Source: Podarcis erhardii
Taxonomy: Eukaryota
Reading direction: 5' to 3' (one strand)
Assembly: GCA_964252035.1 (NCBI GenBank)
Contig: OZ176202.1
DNA length: 64,000 bases
Both the position numbers and the translations under genes were made by a program. Of this stretch, positions 1-13,059 are shown in pieces. The notes under the pieces are model-generated. The model was not told where the DNA came from, made no database searches, and saw only the letters and a list, made by a program, of their open reading frames with translations. Numbering within the stretch: the first letter of the stretch is position 1; each line of letters begins with the position of its first letter.

Positions 1-50
1 TGTAAAAATGTCTCCAGTAGTAGGGCAAGGTGATATTCTGCTATTATGGT

Positions 51-80
51 CAAACAAACAAACAAACAAACAAACAAACA
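51..80. repeat. (CAAA)n microsatellite
   Basis: Perfect CAAA run read directly. Confidence 0.95.
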
Positions 81-139
81 AAGTTGACCATAATACTGAA
101 CTTTACACCTAACAGATCTCATCTCCTACATACCCAACT

Positions 140-450
140 GATCACTAAATTCTTCTATGTAGTGGCACCTGCTCTTTGGAGCTCCCTCCCATTATATATC
201 AAAGAGCCTTCTCTGTCGTCTTTCTGGTATCCGCTAAAGCTGTTCTCTCTAATGGGAGCTCCAGTTATCTCAGTTGGTATCTATATAGGATTTGAATTGA
301 TGTTAGGCCTGCACTGTGTTGTTGTTTTTAAACTCTCTCTCTCTAGTTATATGGTTTTATGTATCTTTATTGTAAACCTATTTGATATTGTGAACCACTT
401 TGATATTTTTATGAGATAGCAGTATAAAATATTTTTTTATAAATAAATAA
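140..450 (+). mobile_element. Degenerate L2-type LINE 3' end
   Basis: Translates FFYVVAPALWSSLP, matching AFSVVAPALWNALP in the young L2 at 17523; followed by a T-rich 3' UTR and an AATAAATAAA tail. Confidence 0.7.
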
Positions 451-2845
451 AATATATGTAACTGTTTTATATATTTTAAACCACAATGAAATCTCTTTGG
501 GATTCCTCATAGAAAGCATTTCATGGATGGAATTAATAATGAAATGATAATAATAACTTCAAGCACTTGATGAAGACCTTTCTGTTTCAGAAGTCACTTT
601 AACTTCAGTTGTGCCATGCCTATTTATTGAACCTATGTTTCTCCCTGTGGTTTTGTTTGTTATAAACACTGTATTATTTGTCTGATGGTTGCATAACCCA
701 CTTTGAGACCATCTATGGTGAAACACAGTCTATAAATATTGGAAGTAAATAAGAAAATAGATCCATAGTTTTCCTATATCTGGCAGAGTAACTATATACG
801 AATAGCTGTAAGATACCTTTGGCATCTCTTAAATATCAAAAGCACATCCCTGTGTACCATAAAGGCATGTACTAGCATTTGTACCTTTTGAAAGCAGGTA
901 TTTAGTAGAGGCATCCATTTGAAAGTCAACCCATCTATAAAGGAATCATTTCCCCAAGGCATATGATAGGAATTTCCTAGCCAAAGAACATTTCTTCTTT
1001 CTTTCCCTTTCCCAAGTTCTGCAACAGCACACAAAAGGTCTATAAAGCAAGAGATATCAAAGTCACATTTTTTAGGGTTAACACTTGATTACAAGTCTCA
1101 TTGAGAAATATAGGCAAACAACCAGAATCCTGCCTTTGAATTATTGTTTCTGAAACTCTCGTCTTTCAAAAATGATTTGCCATGCAGTGCAGGTCAAAAG
1201 AAAAGATCAATATCTCTGTTGAACAATCTGTCCATTTCTGTCCAATTACGGAGCCACAATGAAATTATCTTTGATTTAGTATATCTGTTCATACCACTTA
1301 GTTCAGCATTCTCTTTACCACAATACACATTTATAATTGGAAATAAGTACACTTGATTTCATTAGATCTTTCTTTCAAGTAAATATTTTGAGAAAGTCTA
1401 TTTCCCCTTTCTTAAAAGCTGGGTAGATGGATTTGCTTGACTCAGGGCCAAACTAGACAATATATGTGCGCATGTAACATGTCTGATGCTTGTTATAGCA
1501 ACTGTGATAGGGAAGAATGACAATCTGGACCACCCTACATGGGGAGAGGGAGCTAACTAATTCACCCATGAAATGTTCCTGCTGAAAACTGTTCTGTAAC
1601 ACACTGCTATTAGCCCTGGGATGGAACTTCTCATTAATGCCAATGAAGAAGTAAGTGCAAATTGGGCCTGCAAAACCCAGGATAGAGCTACAATGCCAGC
1701 TTGTGTGTCACTACCACTTATGGGCAGTGAGAGCCCCATATTGGCTACCAGGTCACCTGCACAAATACTGATCTTCCTAGCCCTCACCCTTCTCAGTAAA
1801 CAGCAACTGCACATTTACTGAAAGGCTAGCAATTGCAGGCATAGATGGCTTTCAGATGGACTGTTAGCTACTTCATTAACTTTGAAAGGGAACAATCAGG
1901 GAAAGTAATTGATTTGAAAATATCTGTTGATGGCTGAGGTTTGTGTGTCTGCTGTGTGCTATGTTAAAAAAAAAAATACATTTTACAATACGTATATTTC
2001 CAAATCAGCACACAACAAAATGGAACACAGACTTGTTCAAAATAAACCAATTGCAGCAGAATGGAAAATAACAGATGAAAGTGCAAATGAATATTGGACT
2101 GGATTGAGGTACGTTCATATGTTCCTAATAACAACCATATTTCAGTCTTTCATATATAAATGTTTGTGCTTTTATCAGTGCTCTTTCGTAGAATAAATGA
2201 GGTGGTGACACTCATATTATCAAAGTGCTGTTGGTGCCAGCACAAAATGGCTCCCAGGAGCAGCGAAAAAAGAGAGCTGCCTGTGCTCTTTATCAGGGAG
2301 TACTGCTACAAAGACAAAAAAAAAATGCTTTGGCTTCTATCACAAATAGCACAAAGCATATTCTTTGTGCACATAATCATTATGGCATAATGAAACACTG
2401 ACCAGCCTTTCCTATGGTATGTTTACCTGGCTTAAAGAACCCCCCAGTTTCAACCAGTGATGGGAAGTATTCTGTGGCTTCTGAATTTCACAATGGAAAC
2501 AGTACAATATCACCCCTCCCTGGACTTTCTGCTAATTTTTTACAGCTGCTGATTTATTTCAAACATCTGGCTCCGGACCAGTTCCACAGTTCTCCTTCTA
2601 ATTTCCATAACATCTCATCATTCCCAAAGATGTCCTCATATAACCTTACCAACATATGCTTTCTGTGCTGGAACTTGACCCCACATAATTGTAGTGGAGG
2701 GTAACTGAGTTGTGTCACTTTAGGTAGCCCTTGATCGCTCCGATGTGGCTCATTTTACCAACACATAGAAAGAAGAAGTGTGCTCATTTGACAGATATTT
2801 TATGAAAACTGTGACTGCATATCATAAACCTTATAGCCCAAGTAA

Positions 2846-3190
2846 GCGGGTGGCACTGTGGTCTAAGCCACTGTGATGGTGTGAGCTCCCACGATGAATC
2901 CCCGTGATGGGGTGAGCTCCCATTGTTCGGTCCCAGCTCCTGCCAACCTAGCAGTTCCAAAGCACATCAAAGTGCAAGTAGATAAATAGATACCGCTCTG
3001 GCGGGAAGGTAAATGGCATTTCCATGCACTGCTCTGGTTTTGCCAGAAGTGGCTTAGTCATGCTGGCCAGATGACCCAGAAAAACTGTCTGCGAACAAAC
3101 GTTGGCTCCCTTGGCCAATAAAGCGAGATGAGCGCTGCAACCCCAGAATTGTTCGTAACTGGACTTAACTGTCAGGGGTCCTTTACCTTT
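2846..3190 (+). mobile_element. Sauria SINE with rearranged 5' tRNA-like head
   Basis: GCGGGTGGCACTGTGG start, diagnostic body (GTGAGCTCCC...CCAACCTAGCAGTT...GTGCAAGTAGATAAATAG) and CTTTACCTTT tail. Homologous to the copies at 5975, 38171 and 49299. No clear TSD. Confidence 0.93.
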
Positions 3191-3584
3191 TTAAAGCAGA
3201 ACTCATGCAGAGAAACAGGTTTGCACGTGTCAATCCCCTCATGGATTGCGAAAATAAATTAAAAGCAAATTAGAGGAAAACACTGTGAATTCTGTGATCT
3301 AAAAAGAAGTGGACTGAGGTGTGTCAGGAAGAACCTCAGATGCATTTTTATATTAGGAACCTTAAGGCAGCTGAAACTGGCAGCTAATTTGGAGGTAATT
3401 TTACAGCATTGCTTAACTATGTATTAGGAATAAATTTTATATTTCTGCCACTTTATTAAAGGAAAAATGATTATGAAGGAAAATTGTAGAGGTATTCACA
3501 GTGGCTGCGAGATATAATGTTATTGGGGGGTTTTGTATAAAGGAAATCTGACTACAAATCAACAGGTAGATGGTATCTGAGCTA

Positions 3585-3939
3585 CAGGTGAAACTCGGAA
3601 AATTAGAATATTGTGGAAAAGTTCATTTATTTCAGTAATTCAACTTAAAAGGTGAAATTAATATATGAGATAGTCTCATGACATGCAAAGCGACATATGT
3701 CAAGTCTTTATTTGTTATAATTTTGCTGATTTCATTTAATATTCTAATTTTCTGAGATTGTTAATTTGGGGTTTTCATCAGCTGTATGCCATGATCATCA
3801 CAATTATAACAAATAAAGGCTTGACATATCTCGCTTTGCATATCATGAGTCTATCTCATATATTAGTTTCACCTTTTGAGTTGAATTACTGAAATAAATG
3901 AACTTTTCTACAATATTCTAATTTTCCGAGTTTCACCTG
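3585..3939. mobile_element. Tc1/mariner non-autonomous element (MITE), about 140-bp TIRs
   Basis: CAGGTGAAACTCGGAAAATTAGAATAT...ATATTCTAATTTTCCGAGTTTCACCTG, flanked by TA at 3583-3584 and 3940-3941. Confidence 0.93.
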
Positions 3940-5436
3940 TAGTAGTACGTAGTCAAGTAATGCACAGCATTTTGTAATCTGTGTCCATTCACCCTCTCCT
4001 CTGAGAAATCTGTCCTATAGTCTGTGGGAGAGCCATAGAATTTCCAGATCAAGTTTGGAATTTGTTGGGTTCAATCTTGCACCTGAACATTTCTATCAAA
4101 TCGACATATTCCATTTGTAATGTTCATCTCAAGTTCAAACTCTTAAAGCAGTCTTGGTATCAAAAGTGATATTTCAAGAGTTGATGGAAAAGTTAAATCG
4201 CTACTGCAAGAAAACAAGCACTGGAAGAAAATGCGAGGTGTCAAACCAATGAAATATCCCATTTACTTCCATATGAATGTGAAGCAGATTCCATGAAAAT
4301 ATGGTATTCTTTGATATAGCTGCCACAATTTTTAGAACAATATTATGTGTTTTGGAAACTGCAGCATTCCATCCAAACTGTGCTTCTGGCAAATTTCAGC
4401 CACAGCTCTAGTAATGACTGGTGGTCTGTTAAGTTGTAATGATCTCTGGTCCTTATTTTAAAATTCAGCAATGTTGGCTAGCAGTAAGAATGAGAAACAA
4501 GCTCTTTGAGATGATTGTGTTGGCTTAGGTGCGGGGGCTATGGCAAGTTCACAGGGTTCCTTAAAACCTGCAAAAGATGGTCTCCAGGGAAGCATTACAC
4601 ATGTAAAAATAGGATAAAATAGTAGTCATCCATGTACAAAATCCAAAGGAGATGCGTATAAGCTCAATTCATAACAGAATTCAGAGAAACCAAATTGCCC
4701 AAGGAAACATCTTGATTTTCTCTAGCCTATCCAATAGGCCAGTAGATGTGATTGTTTTCTGAACTAAAACTCAGTAGACCTGGTAAGTTAGAACTGTTAG
4801 GAAAGCATGTTTGGATTCCCCTACATTGCAAGCAAGAGACTTGTTCACTGGAGTTTAGTGTTATCTTTCCATATAAATCAGGACTGATAGAGCTGATATT
4901 TTGCCCTGTCCTATTAGTAATGACAGGTTCTGTTAGCTTTTAAATCATATTAAAGCAGTGGTTCTTTCATAATTATATATACTGTAACTGTGAGCTGAAG
5001 GAGTCTACAATTGTTCTTCCTCCTGGCCCAGCTGAATAATTGTGTACAAAGATTCCTGAAGTGTTACATTTTTTTTTGTTCATAGACATAAATTCAGCTT
5101 TATGGGGAAAAGAAATGAAATTTTAAGGAACTGAAGTTGGCCTATTTAATATAATTATTGCATCTGTATTATTAGATTCATTTTTTAAAAGGGAATCGTC
5201 CAACAGCATTATCTCATTTCCAGTTCATTTGCAAAAATCAAAAATTTAATTTACTTGCTCGTTGAGAGATTTTTCTTTTTTATCCTTTCCTTCAAACACA
5301 GTTTTTCCCTAGGGTGGATTTACAAAAGTATAAGACGAAATGCTGGCCATAAGAAGAGATTGGCGATAGCAAATGTTAACTACAGTAACAATAGAAGATG
5401 AAAACAAAAATAATCCAAAAAGAGATTGGCAAATAT

Positions 5437-5830
5437 GTCAATTTCAATTTCTCTCAGTTGTCCTTTTTCCAGTCTTAAATTTGCTTTTTCATATTTTCAC
5501 ATTAGCTTGCAATCTCAAAGTTTAAAAAATCCTAATGAAAATTCATCAGTGCAATTTCACCCTGAGTGTACATATTTTAAATGATTCTTTCCTAACATAC
5601 ACATTTTTTGCAAAGCAACTTTCTCTCATAAAAAGATTTTTCGTGTCTTATTTTCATTTATACCATAGTATATGTATTCTTGTACCTATGACTTGGCTGT
5701 ACAAAATTCAGATAAGTGCAAATTTCAAAGGGTGGCTGTGTTTTGGTCTGCATGGTGTGTGTTTTTAAAGTGCTGATTAGGCAAATTCACCTTTAAATGC
5801 AAACTGAACTGAATTTATCCCTCATTCCTA
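5437..5830 (-). mobile_element. Old ~400-bp interspersed DNA-element family (TAGGGATG..CATCCCTA-like ends, probably hAT-type), degenerate copy
   Basis: Shares GAAAATTCATCAG, GTGCAAATTTCAAAG and AAATGCAAACTGAACTGAATT blocks with the copies at 39123 and 57667. Confidence 0.65.
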
Positions 5831-5974
5831 AATCCATAGATACCCTTTTCATATTAAATTTCTACACAGTTCTCTGGAGCAGATCACACAAGGGAAAGAA
5901 TTATATAAACTCTTTGCTCACCCAGATGCTTCTATGCCTACAATGAACATTTTGGAAGCTAGGACCAGTCCTTA

Positions 5975-6324
5975 AAAGGTAAAGGGACCCCTGACCATTA
6001 GGTGCAGTTGTGACCGACTCTGGGGTTGCGGCACTCATTTTGCTTTATTGGCCGAGGGAGCCGGCGTACAGCTTCCGGGTCATGTGGCCAGCATGACTAA
6101 GCCACTTCTGGCGAACCAGAGCAGCACACGGAAACGCTGTTTACCTTCCTGCCAGAGCGGTACCTATTCATCTACTTGCACTTTGACGTGCTTTTGAACT
6201 GCTAGGTTGGCAGGAGCAGGGACTGAGCAACGGGAGCTCACCCCATCGCGGGGATTCGAACCGCTGACCTTCTGATCGGCAAGTCCTAGGCTCTGTGGTT
6301 TAACCCACAGCGCCACCCGCGTCC
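5975..6324 (-). mobile_element. Full-length Sauria SINE with 15-bp TSD
   Basis: AAAGGTAAAGGGACCCC...CGCCACCCGCGTCC. Perfect TSD TAGGACCAGTCCTTA at 5960-5974 and 6325-6339. Confidence 0.97.
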
Positions 6325-6882
6325 TAGGACCAGTCCTTACATTACAGTATATGCCATGTACTCACTTCCATTGCCTCTTGACTACTACTGATCTTGCATT
6401 ATCATGGGTACCTCTGACAGAAATGGAGTACCAAGTTGTCAGACTGGAGTTATGCCAGCGTCAACACCAACATGGAGAGAAAATGTAGCCGGTGTTCCAA
6501 ATCGTGTTGGTATTCTTTTAAAACTACACAAATCTCACCCCGTTGATCCCCTAAGTAAATATGAACAAACATCAGCTTTGGTTTGGTAGATTAAGCCTTC
6601 ATTTGCAATCAATCCTAGTTTCTTTCCAAGTTTCAACAAAACCAAACCCAGTGTGTTGGCATAGTCGAGATGTGCAGGTTAAGTGAACAAGCATGATGTG
6701 AGCTATTCCCACTTTTCCCAGCTAAACAGATTGTTGGAGCTCAAAAGCTAGATCTGTTTTGAAAGAAGGCATTGCAGTGGGAGGGAAACAATGGGAAACA
6801 TTTTAAATATTTGGGGGGAAACAGAGTGAACAAATTCTGCATCAACAGAAGTTGATCAAGCCGCATCAACAGAAGTATAATG

Positions 6883-7100
6883 TCAAGAGCAAGGGAAATA
6901 ACAGTACCACTCTATTCTGTCTTGGCCAGACCACACCTGTAATACTGTGTCTAGTTCTGGGTGCCACAATTTAAAAAGGAGATTGACAAGCTGGAACACA
7001 TGCAGAGGAGGGCAACCAAGATGATAAAGGGTCTGGAAACCAAGTCTTATGGGGAATGGTTGAGGGAGTTGGGTATGTTTTTCCAAAGAGGAGACTGAGG
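6883..7100 (+). mobile_element. CR1 LINE ORF2 C-terminal fragment (decayed)
   Basis: Translates [57 protein letters not shown], a classic CR1 motif, with stops. Confidence 0.92.
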
Positions 7101-8794
7101 AGGGGGGTCAGGTTTGTAAGCATGGGGGAGGGGGGGGACCAACCTAACTATCAAATAAAAAAGTTTCAGAACCAGGATAGTGAGGCCAACAAAAGTTGGG
7201 CTTAATATGTAGATCTCTGGCAAAGTTAATATATGGCTGTCTGCTGGGACAGGCTTGCAGGCAGGGTGCAATCCATGCTCCTATACTCCATATAGGGTCT
7301 GTACCAGCCTTATTTTTCTAATGGCATTTTAGGTTTGTCAAAGGGCTGCATCAGGGGAATGAAATGGTAGCGAAGTCCGGGCTACATGAACACACCAATT
7401 GGGATGCAAGTCTGGCTCTACTGGGGCCTCCATGCATTCAGACCTCCCAGTTGCCTCACCCCTCCTTCCACTAAGCAGCAGTGACTCTGCTGCTAGAAGG
7501 TTATTGCTTCTGAATGAAATAAGCTCAACCCCCCCACCCCCTGAAATTCTAAAGAAAGGACCCTGAGAGATGCAGAAAAATGGAAGCCTCAGCACTCATT
7601 TGGCACAGCACTCATCTGAAGGCTTCCTAAATGGGACTGAAAAAAATCAGATATTAGTTGAAATGGAAGTGCTTGTACTGTGCTTCTTTACGTATTTTCC
7701 TTCTGCACTCACAAGGCAAATTGGAATAGCTGGGACCGTGGAAAATGGGAGTGATTTCAACAAAAAATATGAGCTGAAGTAATCCTGCTTTTACCAGAAG
7801 TTGAAAATACTATTACTATTTGCATTAGGTCGACATTTTATTTTGTCTCTTCTGCTTCTGTTTTTCAAATTTTATTGCTTGTCTCAACCCTCTGACATTT
7901 TAAAAGCGTGAAAAATATTTAAAATAGTTTCCTATATCCTTGACCACTCCTAATATCATTTCATGTCTCTGTCAGACACTAATTAAGACCATCTTCTTTT
8001 ATATTAATTTTAGAAGCATATAAATCCAAATAAATTTCATTCCTTTATTACGGTTTATGTTATTTTGGCAAAGGAACTTTCCGCCCCACCCCCGTCAAGT
8101 GGGGATTTTTAGGTTTTACTTAGTAAGGGCTTGAAATAAGACCAGTTTAAATTTAGCCTGAGGTGACAGACATTTATTTTATTTACTTGACCTACAAATG
8201 TCCTTTTAAGATTTATTTTAATTATAACTTCTCTTTTCTATTATTTTTGGTAGATACTATCATCAGACCAAACATGAAGATGCCTCTCCCCCCCCCCCCC
8301 CTGAAAAGCGGCGCCAGGTACTCTGAACCAAGTCACATTTATTTGAAAGTAAATCCCATTAATTTCATCAACACAATTCAAGACAACTGAATTTTATCAG
8401 GTCATATGCTTGGGTTGCTTTAACTGAAAAGATACTGCTGCTGGTTTTAATGGGTCTCTGTGTGGTTAGCTGTTAGGATTACATATGTCCTCAGGTAGAT
8501 TAGACTACTAATGCCAAGCCTCTTGAGCACTACCATAACCAGCTGTTGGGTTTAGATGCTCTTCTCACCAGCAAGACTTGACCAAACCTGTCCAAATTCT
8601 GAGGCTGCGCTTGAGCCTGAGATGAAAATTGCTGCAATCAACTTGCACTGCAGCCACCACCATAGCACACGGTGGATCCCAGCATGATCCAGTAAGGATA
8701 ATGAAAAGCTGCAGAACTCGAGTGACTTAACTTGCAAGATGTAAGGAGGGTGTTTGTGATGTGGGGATCTCCCATCAGACATCGCTCCTCTATT

Positions 8795-9075
8795 CAGTGG
8801 TGATGCTGCATGCTCCGTTGTTGGGGACGGAGAGCAGGTGGAGCGTGATGCGCATTCCGGGGGTGTGGCACGCCTCCCACGAGAGCATGGAGCGCATCCT
8901 GCAGGGACATGGCACGCATTCTGGGGCTTGATGTGCCACCTGTGGGGGCGTGGCACCTGGCGTGTGTGTGTGTGTGTGGCACATGTCTGGGGGGGGGGTC
9001 CCAAGATGGCACCTTACCAGAATAGTGGTGCCGGGAGCGGTCCACTCCCTCCGCATCCCTGTGCCTCTACTACTG
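8795..9075. mobile_element. GC/CpG-rich interspersed element, probably a non-autonomous DNA transposon
   Basis: Abrupt GC/CpG-rich block bounded by CAGTGGTG...CTACTACTG (imperfect inverted ends). No TSD found. Confidence 0.4.
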
Positions 9076-9145
9076 GAATGCCTCTTTGACATTTAGTGAT
9101 TTCAAATAATAGACAAAGCAGGAGTCCAGTGATCTACCTCTAGCA

Positions 9146-9281
9146 CAGGTTTCCTCAGCCTCGGCCCTCCAGATGTTTTGAGACTACAAATTCCATTATT
9201 CCTGACCACTGGTCCTGCTAGCTAGAGATTATGGGAGTTGTAGGCCAAAAACATCTGGAGGGCCGAGGTTAAGGAAGCCTG
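9146..9281. mobile_element. hAT-type palindromic MITE with 8-bp TSD
   Basis: CAGG..CCTCGGCCCTCCAGATGTTTT / AAAACATCTGGAGGGCCGAGG..CCTG arms. TSD CTCTAGCA at 9138-9145 and 9282-9289. Confidence 0.93.
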
Positions 9282-9869
9282 CTCTAGCACCATGTTCCTT
9301 CTAAGTAGCCTTGTCTTCGTAATATATATGGGCTTTACATTTATTGCATTATACTTTGTGACACTGCCCTGACACCCAAGGAGGTCCGCCATGTAAGTAC
9401 TGTACTTATCTGATAATCAGTCAGTTTTTAACACAGCCTTAACTAGCATGGCACCCTCCAGACTACAACTGGAACTGATAGGACTCACACTCCAAAATAT
9501 ATGGAAGGCAACAGTTTGGCAAAGGCTGGGGGTGGGGGTGGGGGGTTGGATGCTTGGGCCCAAAGGCCATCTTTATCTGATCCTCAGGGCTCTTGCAAGG
9601 CCAGTGCTCTTCAACAGGAGGCATCCATTTTCCCCAGTGCACTCTCTTCCTGCCATTGGTCCATATCTTCTTTAAGTGTTTTTCCCTGGCTGGGATGTGT
9701 CTTTGAATAGTGATGATGCTCTTGCTGGATGGAGAGTGAAGGAGAGATGTCTGGGCATATGTAGAAGCGTCTTACTTTTGCAAGACTGGAAGGTAGTCTA
9801 TGGCTCAAAGGCAAGAATCACATCCCTTGCCCCACCCACATATTTGCCTGTGGCTCCACCCACTACCAG

Positions 9870-9994
9870 CAGTGCTATTTTTCTAGAAAAAGAGGTGCCA
9901 GAACTCACCATGAATGCTTCTTTTGTTCTCAATGGCGACCACCTGAGAGGTGCTGGAACTGAATTCCTGTGAGTTCCAGCTGAAAAAAGCCCTG
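9870..9994. mobile_element. Short hAT-type non-autonomous element
   Basis: Inverted ends CAGTGCTATTTTT...AAAAAAGCCCTG. No TSD match. Confidence 0.6.
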
Positions 9995-12016
9995 GCCCTT
10001 CGGCTGGACAAGGTTACCCACGCCACCTGGAAGCCTTGTTTGAGAAACACTTTTCACCCTGACCCTAGAGATCTTTAGCTGGAAACAGATTTAACTGAGG
10101 AACCCGATGCTATGTAAGCTTCTTTAGGAGTGTACCTTTTGTTCATACCACCTTATCCTTCATCCCAGTAAAATTCTAAGCTGACTCTTTAAATAAATAT
10201 GTGTAATGAAAGCTTTGGCTCCTGATACAAAAGCAGCCTCACCTTCGAAACTGACACATTTTCACTTAAACTGAATAAGGTATGTGTCAGATGAACATTT
10301 AAGAATTATATTTTTAGGTGCTTTTGCCAATGGTAGGTAGGCAGAGACTGTGAGTGGTTAATGCCGTTACATAGTTTAGTTATTAGGTGGCACTGGGTTC
10401 ACTTGTATATGGAGGGAGTGAAGAGTTTCCTGTCCTCCTCCTGTTCTTCTTGGAGCGAGAGACAATGAAGTTTTTGCCTGGATTCCTGACTGGGGTGTCC
10501 TTCTGTGACAGGCTGAAAAAAAAGAAAAGTTTTTAGAAGCTTAAGCACTCTTGAAGTGTTATGCTTCATTCCTAGTTTTCTGAATAGATTTGAATATTTA
10601 TCTTGGTTCAAAAATGCTTCTTCCTTCTGATATTACTTGCCTCTGGGCATGTTTGCTGTTTTCTCCCATTACAAGAGCTGTACTATTTAGTCGGGGAATA
10701 GAAAGATATTGGAGCTAAATGCTCCATTTGCATCTTTCTCCAGTCTTCTTATGTAACCTGAAATATTTTTTAGTGCCCAGGATTTCAAAGCTGTTAAAAG
10801 TGTTGTGTTTCTGACTGACAAATAGAACGCTCTAGAAAAGCAATTAAATGTTTTTCTAAGAACTGGAGAAATTCATGCAGCTCTTAAGTGGAACTCTGCA
10901 TTGCCTCCAGTATTTCCTGACTTGTACGAGGCCTGAATGATTCATTATGCCCCTGTTTTCTGCTCACCAGTAGCTACAAAGTGAGCTGTAATGAGAGAAA
11001 GTCGCAGCCAGCAAAACAGAAGCACTTCTTAGTCTGAAACGCACCTACCAGCAAGCCATGGGAAGGATACATACATTCCTTCATCTGATTTATTGGTCAC
11101 ACTAAGTTAAAGGACTGCCAGACACGATGCCCATTTAGCATTCTAATGATTTTTATCTAGATTTGGATCCTCATCATGCAATTTCTGCCTGGAGTTGCAC
11201 AATGGAAAAAAGAGGTGAAAGGATCCTGGACTGGGAACAATTTTATGAAGCTGAGGCTGATATTAATAGGGGAAATTCTTCTGAAAATTAGAACACAGGA
11301 TGCAAATGATTCTTTCTTTTTTTCTATTTGCTTCTCCATTTCCTGTGGCCATATCCCAAGTTATTAGAATGTGTGGAGGTCATAATTATTTTCCATGCCA
11401 TGTGAATCACTTACTGTAGAGGACCAATACTTACATAACGGTGGAAGGCAATGTAAATGTTCCAAACAGTGGAGGCTGCTGCAAATGCTTTTGTGGTGGT
11501 GGTGGCACACCACAGAAGAATAGCACAACAATTGGTAATGTGTGTTGAGTCCAAGTTTTGGAGGGCCCACCATCCATGTAACCTCTGACAATGAATTCAC
11601 CTCCATCCTGCCATTATCACAGCCTTCATTTGTAGCTCTTCCTCTTCCTCATGATTGCTGCCACCTGCTTGCTTGCTGATCAGTCAGGTGGTGGTACATC
11701 TGCTGCTCCACCTTCTTCAAGTTAAAGCAGATCCAGCTGGGATGTGGGACCTTGGTAGATGCTCCACCATGTTGATGTTGGGTGCCAGTTCTGTTTACAA
11801 ATGGAGGAGGAGAAATACTGGGGCTGCTGCCTTCACACCCTGTTTTTAGCCCCTTGTAAGCATTTGGTTGGCCACTGCTGGAAACTGGATTCTGAGCTAG
11901 ATGGGATCTGGAATGACATAACAGGTCTCTCATTCTTTTATTATTTTCAAATATAATGCTTCCACAAAGCTCATGGTCTGTTTTGTGCGAGAGCTTCCAC
12001 ATGAAAATTGTGACTG

Positions 12017-12340
12017 AACATAAAAACGTTAAGAAAAGTCTTGATGAATCAGACCATGGGTCTACCTACTTAGCACAACCTCTTATTTTTAAATGTGTCT
12101 GGCAGCCCCTGCTCAGAGTATGAAGGCACACTTGAACCTCTTATTAGCTGTGATGTAGGGTGAGTAGCTTTTAATACAGACCTTTTAATCCATGAGACCA
12201 TTCGCCAGCACCACATCTTGTGTCAGCAAATTCCATAAGTTAATCATGTGTCATTTGAAGAAGTACATTCTCTGCTCTGTCCTGAATACACTGACCATCT
12301 TTTACTAATCTCTAATATCATGGGGAAAGAAGAAGACATT
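12017..12340 (-). mobile_element. Old CR1 3' end
   Basis: AACATAA..AAGAAAAG..GAATCAGACCA terminus and CAAATTCCATAAGTTAATC..GAAGAAGTAC block; related to the copies at 30607 and 40038. Confidence 0.6.
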
Positions 12341-13059
12341 ATTGACTTTCTTCACTTCGGGCATAAAAGTTTTAAACTGTATTAAATGCCCTCTCACTGC
12401 ACTTAGCCATTTTCTAGCTTTACAATATTATTTTTGATGGTTGATTCCAGAGTTTGGGAGCTGACGAATCTGTGCTGAGCCAAACCGGGGGGAGGGGGAG
12501 GGGGAGGGGAATGTATTCTCCCAATATGCTGCTTTTGTGGCATGCACATAATGGAATGGCATTCTGGTTTCAGCAAAGTGATAGCAAACCACAATGTGAA
12601 AAGAGACCTTAACTACCATGTTAACTGTCTTGTGCAATTACATTTATTTCTTCTGTGCTTCCCAACAATTTGTCCAGTAATTTAACATTTTGATAAATGA
12701 GGATCACCCAGCGCATCTTCTTCAGTCAGTTTTGCTGGATTGTAAGATTGGGACGCCACTTAGTGAGCACCACCAGGACTGGACACCACTAACTAGACAC
12801 AACAAAGACTGGAATGTGAGGTTAGGAGAAAAGGAGTCTCGTCTGTGCTTGGCTACCTTAATTTATGGCACCAGTTCTTCGAGTGTATTGTGAGGGCTGC
12901 ATTCCTGCTTCTTCCTTGACTCAGTATACTAGAGGCCTGTGCGGGAAGTTTAGATCTTGACAACCGTGCACAATTAAGTAGTACTATGGACCTTTGAGGC
13001 ACACTTAACCCAAAATGTGGCCACTATTGGTCTGTTAGATCATGGGAATACATTCTTCT

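Noticed and set aside
30-419. 129-aa ORF
   Set aside because: Made of a (CAAA)n run and a decayed L2 3' end.
8552-9092. Overlapping 83-150 aa ORFs on both strands
   Set aside because: By-product of a GC-rich repeat and a (GT)n tract; low complexity, no homology.
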